A stretch of DNA of 64,000 bases from Trichoplax adhaerens. Taxonomy: Eukaryota; Animalia; Placozoa. Under the pieces are notes generated by a model. It was not told where the DNA came from. It saw only the letters and a program-made list of their open reading frames with translations, and did no database searches. Position numbers and translations under genes: made by a program. This document shows positions 1-13,700 of the stretch, in pieces (position 1 is the first letter of the stretch; the number at the start of each line of letters is the position of its first letter). Location: contig NW_002060943.1 of NCBI RefSeq assembly GCF_000150275.1, positions 11,036,878 to 11,100,877 on the forward strand. Direction: 5' to 3'.

Positions 1-36
1 ACTTAATTACGTTGGAGTAATGAGAGCATGACCTAC

Positions 37-3000
37 ATTTAGCGATGTCATATTGGCACCAAAACGAAATAATGTGTTCATGCAGTGGATCTCGTCATCT
101 CTAATTGCCTTATGCAAAGCAGTTTCATCATTGCTATCCTTATCCTGTAAACAAGGTATTGTAATACTTACATGTTATAGGCATAAACTGATACCAAGTG
201 ACAAGTATTTAAAGCCGTAGAACACAGTAAATCAAAAATATCATTTTCTACAAAATTACGTAGCCAACAGACTTACACGAATGTTAATTAGATTATCATC
301 ACAAAGAGCCTGTAAATATCGGTCTTTGCCATCTTTAGCAGCATTATACACGTCCATAGTAGTAGCCTATTATTACGGCGTATAAAACATTTGTTGCAGA
401 ATTAGTCGAGTCAGGTAGTAATAAATTAATCAAGTTCTACATTTTACGAATATTTTATTACTTAACGACAAGTCTCGTACAGGTAAGTTAAATATGATAA
501 ATTACGTTCCTACCCGCTGAGATATCGCTTTTGATTTATCGCATGCTAATAAAAGCGTATTACAACTTTCGTGATTGCGTTCTTTTGCCAACTGTTGAGG
601 AGTTCTAGCATCCTAAAATAGTAGTAAGTAAACCAAAGTAGTGCATTATACCTATTTTGTACTTCAGTATTTTAAAATTTTCACCGCTTTCTTCACTTCG
701 ATCATATATCGTATAAAGATAATTTGATGTATTACTCACTATGATCATAAGTAGACCAGTATTGGTAATAATAATGCTATTATTTAAGGTTAAAAAGATA
801 GATAATAACCTTATTTAATAAAGTTGTGTCTAATCTATTTTCTATTAACCAATCTAAGATTTCATAAAAGCCCAAGGCAGCTGCCATATGACATAAATTA
901 TTGCCGTTCTATGCAAATTTTTTCCAAACAGTTAGCAATTGTCGGCAGGATACATTGCAATTTGAAAAAAGTAGTAAAGATTAACTGTCAGTGTAATAAC
1001 AAATCTTAGTGGTATAGAGTACTTAGAATACTAATAAACCTGCAATTACCTCATCTAGAACATGGATATCGACATCTTTAGAATGTAGCCATTTCAGAAG
1101 TTCAACACGATTATTTTCAACAGCTATAAAACAAATATTCCGCTTTCCCTGTAGAAAAAATTTTTTATGTTGTTGTGAGTTGTATTGAAGTTGAGATAAT
1201 CTTCATTAATGAATCTATTCCTAAATTTAAAGTTTAGATAAATAAGCGTAATCATACAACCTTATCTCGCCAGGAAAGATCAACATCATGGTCATTTAAC
1301 CATTCCAGGATTTCTTGATGACCTTTGACTGCTGCATAGTAGGTTAGAGTTCGATCTTCCTATTGGTAAATTATCATAAGTGATGTAAAAATGAGAATTT
1401 CGTTGAAATAACAGATTTGAAGCCTCTGAACTTATTATAACAGCAATTCTGTCCTACATCAAAATTACAAATTACACCCTAATAACACTACGTGATATGA
1501 TATACATTAATGGTACAAGTAAAACATGTTAGAACAGTTAATTATTCTTAGAATTAAAGCTTATTTCATACCTCATCTAATTCGTAAATATCGACTCCCT
1601 TTTCATAAAGCCATTCCAAAATGTTTAAATGGCCTTGATCAACCGCGTGCCTAATCAGGCTCCAGCCATGCTGAACAATATAGAATATATTTTTTGTTAT
1701 TAATGTTCGTTATTACGTCTACTTATTGACTGTTATAACTTATATCTAATACTGTATGTGACCAAAATTACTGTCGAGTTATTGTTAATTACATAGGTGA
1801 ATAAATAAATAATTTAAATACAACGATTCTGTAGCGTTGGTAGTAGAAATCTTAAGAAATAAAAGCTTTTTGATATTATACTTAGACTTTGAGCAAACAA
1901 TTGGTCACCTTTTACTAACTAATAAACGGAAACATAACACTACTCCCACATTAAATATCACAAATTCAACCTTATCAGTGCAGGCAATGATTGCTCCATG
2001 TTCGTAAAGTTCGATAACAACTTCCAATGATCCGTTGATAACTGCACTAAATATAGGTGACCTATTTTCATCCTGCCAATAAATGAAATAGTAAAAGTTG
2101 GATTAGAGTATAAGAAGTATAAATTGAGATTTACCGAGTGGCATATCAATTCATTCATCATTTTCATGAGAAGAATACGTGATAATGTAATGAAATAAGT
2201 ATAATATCGGATTAAAAGTTTACTTACATCGCATTCGTTGACTGCTGTTTCATGCTTAAGAAGTAGCCTAATGGCAATTAAATCTAAGCCAATCACAGCC
2301 CTATGGAGACTATTCCTCTGATGTTTATCCTTATGAAAAGGTTACAATACTATTTAATTACGCGATATTATAAAAATAATGTACAAGTACAAAGTTTTCT
2401 AATAAAATGCTATACGGCACCATAATCTCTGTGACATTTACGCCATTGCCAGACATTTCTTTAATTAAGAATTCTCGTCTATCTCGTGCCAATTTGTACA
2501 TATCATCAATGGTTAACTAAATAAAATCAGAAATACGACGGTTAATGAAGTACGTAAGTCGATTTACTTATCTCTACTTACCATTAATGTAATAAGTTGT
2601 ATATGGCAAGTTTCAAATGCATATTCAATTGGTTTTTTATCCATCTATATTTTAATTAAAAGTTTAGTCGCTATAACAGAACTATTACAAATTTTAGCTT
2701 TAAAAAGTCAGTAAGAGGTTAACTTTACTTTAATAAAGAAATAGGCCATTTTAAAACTACTCACATTGTTAAATGAATTGATTTCTATTCCATTTTCAAT
2801 TAAAATTCTAGCGCTATTCTCACATCCGGAAATGGCAGCACAATGTAGTGGAGTATTTCCCATCTGATCAATTTTCATCCAATTGGAAAAATATTAATCG
2901 AATTGAAACGTCTGTATATTAACATAACATATTGCAGCGAAGCCTATTGACTTTTAGTCTATCTGGTGTATTATCATAATCAGTTTATTTTATTACGTCC

Positions 3001-6000
3001 AGGTTGGTTTTATAATATAATTAATCGATATAGTAACACTCACATTAGTTTTGCAATCTAATGGTACTCCTTTCTCTATTAGCCACTCCAGAACAGAACT
3101 TTGCCGATACATCGCAGCTACATGAACCATCTGCCAATTCACCTAAACAGTAACGTAACCGAATTAAAAGAAGGCAAAAATTTTTCATCTAGTATTTGAA
3201 TAAAATAAGGAAAATCTATGCATAATTCAAGAACTATCCATGAGTCACTACAGATTGCTTAAAACTTACATTATTTTCAAATTCTATATCACCGCCATAT
3301 AGGTATAGTAGTTCAAGGACATCCAAGTCCCCTTTCATTGTTGCCATGTGCATAATGGTATTACCATATTTCTAGTTAGATACAGATACAAAAATTAAGC
3401 ACCAGTGAAACCTTTAAATGCTGAAGTAGAGCAATTAAGTTAGAAAAGAATAATAATGTTCAAAGCTAACAATTTTTAATGAGGATGATTGTTGGTAACG
3501 TATAGACTATATTAAATAGACGATAATAATTGCAATTCTAAATTAATTAAAAGAAAGAATACCAATTGTCGCCTAACTTACATCAGCAAAATTTGGATTA
3601 GCTCCATATTTAAGTGACCACTCGATAGCTCTAGTATTATGATCGCTAACGGCAATAGGCAATAATGCTTGCTAAGACATACCAAAATCAATTGTAGAAA
3701 TCATACCATTATTTAAATGGATAGAGATTCATCAGTTAAATCTATCACACAATCTAATTGACTGAAACCATGCAGTAATGATTCGTACGAAAGAGAACAC
3801 TTCGAGATTAGTATTTAATGCTGTATTATAAATAGTAGAAGAAAGCACTTATAGAATGAAGACCAATCCATTTTAAAGTTACTTAAACTCTTACCGCTTT
3901 CTCAATTTCAGGCTTGTAAATGATATCGTGTAACATAGCAGAACTACGCGATTCTTCACCTTTATTTGCATCATGAGTGAATTGAAATATATTTATCTCC
4001 GTTGCACCAACGATGGAAGGATGTATACCCAATGAACGTCTCCGGTGAATGTCGATAATCGGTTTAAAACATCCAGTATCATCAAGCTGAATATCTTCAT
4101 TTTGCAGCTTTTCAATCTAGTAAAAAGCATGATATTAGAGTATTAATTAGGTGAAATGAAATTTATCACCCAACGTATTGATAACAATGACTGCAATTTT
4201 TACTCATGGTATTGATATATATGTAGCATTATTGTATAGTATGTCATTGATCTGGTACGTTGCAGCACTTGACTGCTAACGCTCGTAAATACACTTATAA
4301 ATAGTATAAACAAATGAATTACTGATTCTTCCACCATAATCGCATTCAGCGTGGTTTCGACAGATGAATTATCGCTATTTTTATTCTGAAATCGATGATT
4401 TTGTTCGGATATAAATCCTTCATCTTCAACACTGTCCGGTTCCGTACTAGAATTTTTTACATCTGTAACAGTGTTGTTCATGTCTGAAGCAAGTAACTGC
4501 TCGAGGTCTTCGTTGACAGCAAGTTGAGTTTCTAATTCTCGTAGCCTTAATCTTTCTTGTAATTCTTCGATAGTCTTCTCAAATTGTGCAGGATCTACAG
4601 TTTAATTAACTAAATTTTAGACAGATCAACAAGATCGAGCATTCCATGTCGGTTACAGAATTGGATATCAATATCAGTCTACTTTGGTATTCAATAGTTA
4701 GGTATAAAACGAATATAGGTATCATTTAAAAATTAAGTTTCATCAAGCTGCTACAATTACAATAATAGCAAATATGGTACTAAAGTGTCCCTACGAAAAA
4801 ATCTGAACTTACCGAAAAATTCTCTGTAACCTTTCATTCTTATTGCATCGATGTCACGATAAGAGCTTGCCTTAAGACAATTCACTTCCAGTAGAACAAT
4901 ATCGGTAGCGAAGTCAAGTAACTGAATAATAAATTTAAAGATAGAACAATTTATTCAGTACTTACGCTGCCAGATTATAATTATGATCTCACGAATTTCG
5001 TCTTAAAATTAAAAAATCTCTATAATTAATTATATAAAATCTATTTATATCCTAACTATATTCCTATAACGGTTTTATTTATATCCCAGTTATAAAATTA
5101 ACTTAAAATTACGATACTTATTCAACACTCATATGTTATTTTTCGTAGAAATAATTACAACGCTGTACGATTAGACGTCACAAATATAGTAATTTAAACA
5201 ATTATATTACCTGGTCGATTGGAGGTGAGAATAGTCTACTTTCTTCAATTATTTCAAGCGTATCTGTTTCAGCATCCCATATAGGAACCCATTCATTTTT
5301 ATCAGAATTCCATAAACATACAGCTTTAACTCCACCAGCCATGTAAGTTTCATAGATATCTACCTGATGCACATAAAGCGGCTCTGCAAACTGAACCTTT
5401 GACATAATTGCATAAAAAATTTTATCATAAATCACACTCGTATAGCAATGTGTTCCGAGTTAATCTGTCATAACAAATGATATTCACTCCTATAATAAAG
5501 GACGTCTTAATCATGAATCTAAGACAAGTTTACGGCATTTTTTCACTTCTTCTATATTACAAACGTTATTTTTAGATACGTTTAGACGTTAAAATACATA
5601 CTACAACACATTGCCTAGAATTGAGTCTCCCCTGCGCCCAAGCTCCTTCGTGGTGACCGTACTTTGGATAGACTTTTGGTGGGCCGATTAACTGCCGAAC
5701 ATTCCACCTATTTACAAGAATATTTAAAGGGTTAATTTATATAAGTCGAACATAGAAATATGAAGTATAAAAAATAAAAATAATATGGTAATGGTTAAAA
5801 TGTTAAAATCAGCTTTTATAAAATAATTTTTAGTCTAGTTACAAAATGAGATTCCCTGTGATACTATGATACTAACCTTAAGCTATCTAATTGAGTGGTA
5901 TGATTAACAATGTCATCAACCCAAAGTGAAATTTTTTCTGGAGGATCAGGGAAAACAATAGTGGACTCTGAATTTGCAAAATCATCTGGATGGACTTGAA

Positions 6001-6494
6001 TTTCTACATGTTTGCTTCGTTTCTATCGAATTTGATATTAGCATGATAGATTAACTAAACTTAAACTCATCTTCAAAGCATTACTTTACAACGCACATCA
6101 ATATCTTATTAACGCTAAAAAAAGTATTGCTCAAAAAAATCACTAAGTCCAATAAAACTACAACTATTAGTATGGAAAGATATGACATAAAAACATTTTC
6201 TAGTTATCTGTAAGAATTTCTTTCATGATACTCCTTATAAATGTCATGAATACGATATAGTCATCCGTTTCTACTGTGTATGTACGAGTATGTAAGGATT
6301 TGTTGTTTATTAGTGTGTTATGAGCCAAGATGTTTTTGTTAAATAAGAATATTTTAAGATTATTAGCCTACCTTGCGGAATATTGATGGTATCCAAGTTT
6401 GTCGATCTTCAGGGTTGATTTCCGATTCTCCTGGTTCATCCTCATCAGGAATATACAAACCTTTATGGTAATTAACAGCCCAAGGAGCCGTCAT
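37..6494 (-). CDS. Multi-exon ankyrin-repeat protein with an N-terminal FBXL4-N/pappalysin-like (galactose-binding-like jelly-roll) domain and a short coiled coil; 3' end lies beyond the left window edge
   Basis: ATG at 6494 with an in-frame TAA just upstream. GT-AG exons join in frame: 6372-6494 (MTAPWAVNYHKG...), ...SLWVDDIVNHTTQLDSLR|WNVRQLIGPPKVYPKYGHHEGAWAQG...|VQFAEPLYVHQVDIYETYMAGGVKAVCLW...SRLFSPPIDQ|LLDFATDIVLLEVNC...DIDAIRMKG (4813-4921). Ankyrin exons follow, e.g. KYGNTIMHMATMKGDLDVLELL, MGNTPLHCAAISGCENSARILIENG, HGWSLIRHAVDQGHLNILEWL (1572-1670), EDRTLTYYAAVKGHQEILEWL (1261-1359) and DKDSNDETALHKAI (37-144). Confidence 0.85.
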
Positions 6495-9400
6495 GTTGTA
6501 TTAGAGCGATTTAAGTATAATACCTTGAAGAAATGTTAAGTTTCAAAAGATCAGTCAACCGAAAGTATAGACGGCAGTATCGTACTTTATGATATAGCTC
6601 GATTCTATGATGGTAAGCTTTGCGGATGATAATCTGTACGTAACAATGATTGCATTACCTTATTAGAGAAAATATGATATGACACGAGAAACACCTTATG
6701 GAAATTTTAATTCACACAATTTTTGTTAAAGTAAATAAATTTTGTTAGCCAGAATTCTTAAAATACGACGATATAGGCAGGTTACAGGAATATTGGATTG
6801 TGGCTACGGTGGTTGAATATCATTTGCACGAAATGATTACGTATGAGTGAAAAATGTGCATTTTAAAAGAGAATGATTCGGTGCTAATAATTCTGTCATG
6901 ATTCTCTTATTAAAATTTATATTTAAAAAGGCACAAGTAAGAGGTTTAATAAAGGTCTTAAAAATGAAAATGAATCAAACGTAACGTAAAAAGTAACACC
7001 TTTCAATAATGTAATTCTGAGTATAGTTCTGGTAGTTAACTTGTTTAGGCAAGGGTCTACTTGTAATCAGGGCATCATTTTGAAACAAAAATGATTGTGA
7101 ATGTGTAGACCAATTTCGAGAAAAATTTCTTCATGTTTTCTAACTTACTGTGCCCATGTTTGCTAAAAAGAATTACATAGTGTACATGAAAAATTTATGA
7201 GTCAAGGCGAAGACCAATCAGTTTAAAATGCGAATTAGAGTAAAGAAAGTGAGATAAGATTAAGAAACTTTTTCTTAGTTTTAGTTGCCGGTGCTTTATT
7301 GTTAGGTAAAAATTTCGTCCATAGAGTACTTGTTCGTATGTTAGAACACCCTAAAATATGCCTTTTTGGGATGAGAATGTCTGTAAAAATTGCAATTATG
7401 AGAAATTCTTTCGTATTTTTTTAGCTAAGGTATATGTTCACTCGTACTTGAACAGTATCATATACTCTTACAAAGGATTGGGTACAGTAGTTATGATTTA
7501 ATTTATTTAGTTTACTTCTACGCAATCCTAGAACCGCCAATTTGATAAAATAGATTTAGGACTTGTAGGTGTGTACCAGCGTAAGAATTAAAGTGAATTT
7601 AGTTCAGTTTGGTAGTTGTTAAAATTACAAGAGTCTGCTACAGTCGCTACTCATTACCATAGATAAATAATCATTTTACCTAAACTACACAGGCATAGTC
7701 GTGTTAACAGAAAAATGATTTGATGGATCCAGTTTAAAATTTTGTTTTTCAAGTAAAATTAGTGCAATTAAAAGGAATAAAATTTTTTTAATTTTATTAT
7801 TCTTAAGATACGCCACTTTATATTCAACTACTTGACTCCATCAAATTGGTCGGATAACCATTTTATATAATTTTAACTGAATGATTGAAAAAACTATGTA
7901 CGAAGCATAAGCTCACGCTGAAAACTCTGGAATTTTTTCATTATTTTTTAATATTAACTAAAGCAAATAACTCATTATTACATCGTCTTTAAAGATATGT
8001 TAGCAAGTAAACATTACGTATTTAAAGTCTTGTTAGTGGCATATCTTTCATTATATTACCTTCCTATAATATTTTTCCTGTCGTTTTATTCTGTAAATCA
8101 AAAATGGCGCTTGAGATTTAGCTAAGGAAAAAATCTTGACGTATTAAGGGCACTAAATTAGAACATGAGAGGAAAATCAACAGGTTGTAATACACAGTAG
8201 AAAAGGCAGCGCAATGATGCAGTGTTTATTTAATTGAAGTAAAAATTTTATACTAAGGGTAATGTCTGGCTTTATTTTAGTACAATGGAGATTAACTATG
8301 GCTGTACCGGAGGCAACGACGACAGCATGATATAGTATTGTGATGTGGAGTTAACCTTCCTGGCTCTTTCTTCTGCTATTATGACGTAAGAAATAGTTGA
8401 ATGTATAGTTTTTGAAAAGAAAGCTGTAGAGGTAGACATTGTAAACAGTCGCGGGCGCATCTAATTTGCGAAAAACTGAATATGCATTCATCAAGCATGA
8501 TGAATAAACGTAATAATGGACCCAAGGGATATTCACTTGCATTGTAAAATGGAATTCCTTGTAGATTTGCTTCTTTGCACGTATTGTTATGTTATGAAGT
8601 TACGATTAGCTATTTACTATGGCACGATAAATTGAAGTTGATCGCTTGTCTGAAATACATCACGTCATAGGACTATTTTGCAAGCTAAATTCCCAAAAAA
8701 TATTTAGTCACGATGCGGTTCGTTAGTAACGAGAGAGTAATGCTGATATGGAATTATTCAATCATTTGAAACGAGTTCTTATTCTCTTTATTTTCATACA
8801 GTATACTCGTAAGTTATTTATTTGCAACTTTCATCACTCACGTTGTATCTACTTTATAACAAAAAGTCCGCAATGACTAGAGCACAAGCATATTGAAGAA
8901 ATCTTTTTGCAATTATTTCCTTGTTTTCTACAACTAAGTGTGCTATTACTAGCTAGGTTTATTGGTGCTTAAGTTTAAGGAATAATATGGCTTGAAAATA
9001 AGCGCGTACTTTTTATGCTGTATTTCCGTAAATTGTAGCAAGGGCATTAGCTCAACTCTAGAATATCATAAAATAACTTACGAACATTAAAATCTACACT
9101 TCAATTAAAGAATAAAGAAAGTAGGAGATTTTAATAGTCACGCTGCCAACAATTTTTGTAATCTGGTATGTGAATACTAGATATCACTCTCCAACCAACT
9201 ATTAATGAGGGATCATTAACCTGATTAATACTCACAGATACATTATATTGAAGTACCACTTAAGATTTGCAAATGGTTAAATTTTTACCCAGTTTAATTG
9301 ATAGGATTGTACTGCACTATAAACTAGGGCTAATAGACTACGATTCATTCAGTAGTCCAGTATTGTAGCCGCGTCCCTATGTCGTAATGTGCAATAGGTC

Positions 9401-10151
9401 ATGTCATAACTTGGTAAAACACTTTAAGAAAATTACCATTAACCTCGAACATAATGCATATGACATATGGGCATTCAACTACACCAGCCTATGAAAAGTT
9501 CTTAGAATACTTAGCTGATGTTGTCGAGGGGTTTCGATTGTACAATTGTACATCTACGTGTATGTGCTGAAAAATAACAGAAAGCTAATCTTTCTATCCT
9601 TCTTTTTAATCCATAAAAATGCAGAGATCAGACGACGTAGTTGTTTCAATGGGTTTCCCAATGTTAACGCTCATCTTACAAGCAGGGACTTCTAAGAGAA
9701 AATTACAAGTCCCTGGTACAAGTCTAGACCTTGTGCGAGTTGGCATAGGTAGTGGAAAGTACAGTATTAATTAAGCTAGATGATGGATCAAAACACTACC
9801 GCTGTAGAATAGTTGAAATAGCATTAAATCTGATTCGTTTTTCAGTTTATTAACTGTAAATTCAAGAGCAATTTACAGAAGATGATAAATTAGCGTGTAG
9901 TATACCATAATCTATTAATATAGGAGTCTATAAGTGTAAGTACGCGTATGTTGATAAATTTCTTTTAAAATTTCCAAGTTGGAGACACACTCTAGTTTCC
10001 ATAGAGATGTCTACGTACGATATCATACTGTAGTAGCAGTATAATATGGTCGTCATAGTGTACATAGTACACTAAAGTACATACTGTATTTGTACAAAAC
10101 TGGGGTACCACCACTACAGCATATTATGTCTTTACTCTTTGCCATCAAGGA

Positions 10152-10165
10152 ATCACCACGGCAAC
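10152..10165. promoter_or_regulatory. Candidate RFX X-box ATCACCACGGCAAC upstream of LRRCC1
   Basis: Strong GGCAAC half-site with a 2-nt spacer, about 575 bp upstream of the ATG of a centriole/basal-body gene. Confidence 0.4.
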
Positions 10166-10739
10166 GGATGGCAGGCACACTTGGTTAAAAGGCTTTTTAT
10201 ACTGTATCTATGATATCAACTTGAGTAGAATTTAAGTGATTCCTGTAATAAGACTAAAACCCTATCCTCAGGCTGAAAGATTATCCAATTATCTACTGTA
10301 ATACTACTATTGATGGTCATCAATATTATCTTCCTTATTTCAACTGCTTTAGCTTGTGATTTTGCAGTTGAAATGCCCATGCATCCTTCTATACTGTACA
10401 CTAAGCTATAGTACAGTACAGTATGTATGGCACAGAATGTCAATAATAAAAGTTTAAAATAACTGTTTTGGCGCAATAATTAAATTTGTGATAGGACAGT
10501 AACAGCAGTCGTAGCCTAGTTCAACACCGTGAACAACTTGAACTGATTCGCAATTAACCCATTCTACATATTGGATTGAAATTATTCATGGCTATATACG
10601 ATGATGTATACTGATCATAATCTGACGGAATTGGCATTCTTTAACCGTAGATATTTACTATCGAGCAGTTTAAGCTGATCCTATTCCTTACTCAAGTCAC
10701 TCATTTTTCTACGGTATAAGATAATTTCCTGTTATAGCA

Positions 10740-13700
10740 ATGGACGAAGATAACAAAAAACAGTTATGCCTTATCGATGAAGGCATTAATAGCCTTCACG
10801 ATCTGAAATTAGATCCTAAATTGACCATTTTAAATCTACATTGCAATCGTATAAAGCAGATCGAAAATCTACTCTTTCTACATCAATTATATCATCTGGA
10901 TTTATCTTCCAATTCCATTACACAAATAGCCGGTCTAGATAGCTTAGTTTCATTGAGAATCTTAAATTTAGCTTGCAATAAAATTAAAGTTGTGGAAAAC
11001 TTACAAAATCTAAGGTTTGATATAGTATATTCATTTCTTCATCACCAAGATAATACTTTCACGTTAAAATTGCAAACTATATTCATCTTTTCCTTTTATC
11101 ACAGGTTATTAACCAAGCTAAATCTAGCATATAACGAAATTGACGATGTTTCTGGTTTTCAAGACATGGCTGGTCCAGATTATCGAATCTCTCATATTGA
11201 TTTACGCGCCAACTTTATACGCAATCTGTCTCATTTAATTAACTGTATCAGTAATCTCTCCAATATCAGAGAACTGCAATTTCAACATGGATCCGAAGAA
11301 TTATCCGACAATCCGATGTGTAAACAAGATGGGTATAGGGAAAAAATATTTCAAGCATTACAACCGTTAGAAATTTTAGATGGTTTCGATAGAAGTGGTA
11401 AATTAGCTGCAGAATTCGATAATAAAGACGTTCCAGGTACGTAATTCTTAATTCTTCCCTTCCGTCTTCCACCGTAGATCACAAGATATTGAAGAATTAA
11501 ATTAAAATGTTAGCTGCAATACAATATGCTTTATCCAAACTTAGATACTAGCAATGTCCAGCATATTGAGACCGTACATTCAACTAACTCTAAGATATGT
11601 TAGTCTATCATGCGAATGTTGTAGTCGTACGTACGCGTACTATATGATCATGATTTTTGCTTTCTTGCTGTCGCTAGTATGACTACGAAGAGATCTCCAC
11701 ATGTATCGTTTTACAAAAAAACTTTCTTGTTACTACCTTAATTTCATTGCTATGAATCTTTAATCCTTTTAAATCATTGTTAAAGGTGTTGAGGAGTATC
11801 TAGAATATTTAATGTCGACCAGTTCATCAAGTTCGGTCAAGGTAATCAATTAATTAAACTACTTTAAAAGAAGTTCTCTATGTGAACTATTTGCAAAGCC
11901 ACTTACAGTGATCGCTTGTTGGTTATATATAATTATCTATAGTACTGTAGAATCCATAAAATACAACTTGCTTTTATATGCGTATGTTCATAGGAAGCTG
12001 CCTTCCAAGTTAAAACGCCTAAAATTAATGCTGCCATCGACAAATTCTACCAACGAGGCACCAAATTAATCTCAGAAGTAGAAGACAATAAAGTAAGTGT
12101 AAGATCATGTACTCGTACCATGTACGCCTTATATCTAATCACTAATGCTGCGACTTACTTCTTTCATTAATAGTTTCAAAAGGAATATGATCTAAATGAA
12201 GATACTGACGGAATCGATGATCAATTACCTCCGGCGATGAAGCCTCTAATTGTTATTAAAGTAAGGGTACAATTGAAATAATTAATACTTAGGCAAGCAA
12301 TATAGTGAAGCAATCTCCCTTGCTATTCAATCGGTAGCTACAGCTTAGTTTGCTCAATCCGTGATTAATAACACCTTTAATTTATTGCAGAATGAGAAAA
12401 AATCAATTATCTCAAAAACTATTCGTAAAAGTAGTGAAAATACAGCTGAAAGTACAGATGAAAATTATGCTAAATATTGGAGTCTTCAAACAACTAGTGC
12501 AAGCGATGATCGGCGCAATAACCTTCAAAGAGGTGGAGTTCCCAAAGCGGACCCGACATATCTTTCTACGAGCTTTGCTTCCTTATTTATTATTGCTAAT
12601 TCACGTAGTTTAGTCACTCTGCAATGAGACACTACCGTATTTTATTTGATCGTCTCATTGATTGGGCGTATCCATATTGAGATTTTTCTATCTTTAATGA
12701 GCTAATCTCAATATAAAAGTTTAATGATTTTACTTGCGAAATTGCCGCAGTTTAGTATCAATCCCTGTACCACTAGTATCAAATTGCACATATCATTTTT
12801 GGTCTCTTTCGTTACTGATTTCGCATTCTAACTTCGTACTACTCTACATAGAGACAAGTAGCAAAGAAAATATCGAAAGTGATCATGAAAAATTTAATCG
12901 CCATATGGAGAAGAAAAAACCTTCACTAAAGAAATCTAATCTAAGAAAAACTAAATCTGAGCGACTTCGACGACCTCAACCGCTCAAAATGAATATTGTC
13001 CATCTCGGAGATAATCGTGACTCAATTGATAAGGAAGGTAGCATTCCCGCAAACATTGTAAGTAATTTCTTGGCTTTATTTAGATAACATGCTAGATATT
13101 ATAGTCTAATGCAGTATCTACAGTGTCGTTTTGGTCTGCTAATTCATTTATCTCTAACGTGTCATGAATAACTCCGACACTACAATATTCTAGACAATTT
13201 TAAAAGAATTGGACGCAGAAAAAGAGCGTAGATGGAAAGCCGAAATGGCAGCCAGAAAATTAGTGGACCACATCCAAAATCTGCAGAGAAAATGTATGTC
13301 TGAACGAATTTCCTGAACTTACGATTAAGCGTACAATATCTCTAGTGCTACTGTGCATACTGTACAATGTACAGTACAATACATTAGTGACCCTAAAGTA
13401 CATCATTTTTAGAGCACAAGACTCTGTTGTAACTATTATCGGAACTATTTTGTTTGTAATTTTGTAATCGTAGCACATTCTAAGCAAGTTTCCGTTAACT
13501 TTCAGTATCTGCTAGTGAGAAAACTCGCTATCTGGCCATTGACACATCCGCAAAACTTCAGCGAATTGTAGAAAAAGAACATAACGAGAAAATTGAAGAA
13601 CAACAAAAACTTCTAGAACTGCAGGTTTGAATATTAAAGTAGAAGTCACGAATCAGCCATAATTATATATGTTACGGCTAAAGCCCGAACCCCAGTTATT

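Noticed and set aside
9467-10381. ATGGGCATT(T)CAACT in inverted orientation about 900 bp apart, as possible MITE terminal repeats
   Set aside because: Only about 14 bp with an indel, no clear target-site duplication and no second copy in the window.
10216-10476. 86-aa minus-strand ORF upstream of LRRCC1
   Set aside because: Non-ATG start, overlaps the pentamer cluster, no recognisable homology and no convincing downstream exon chain.
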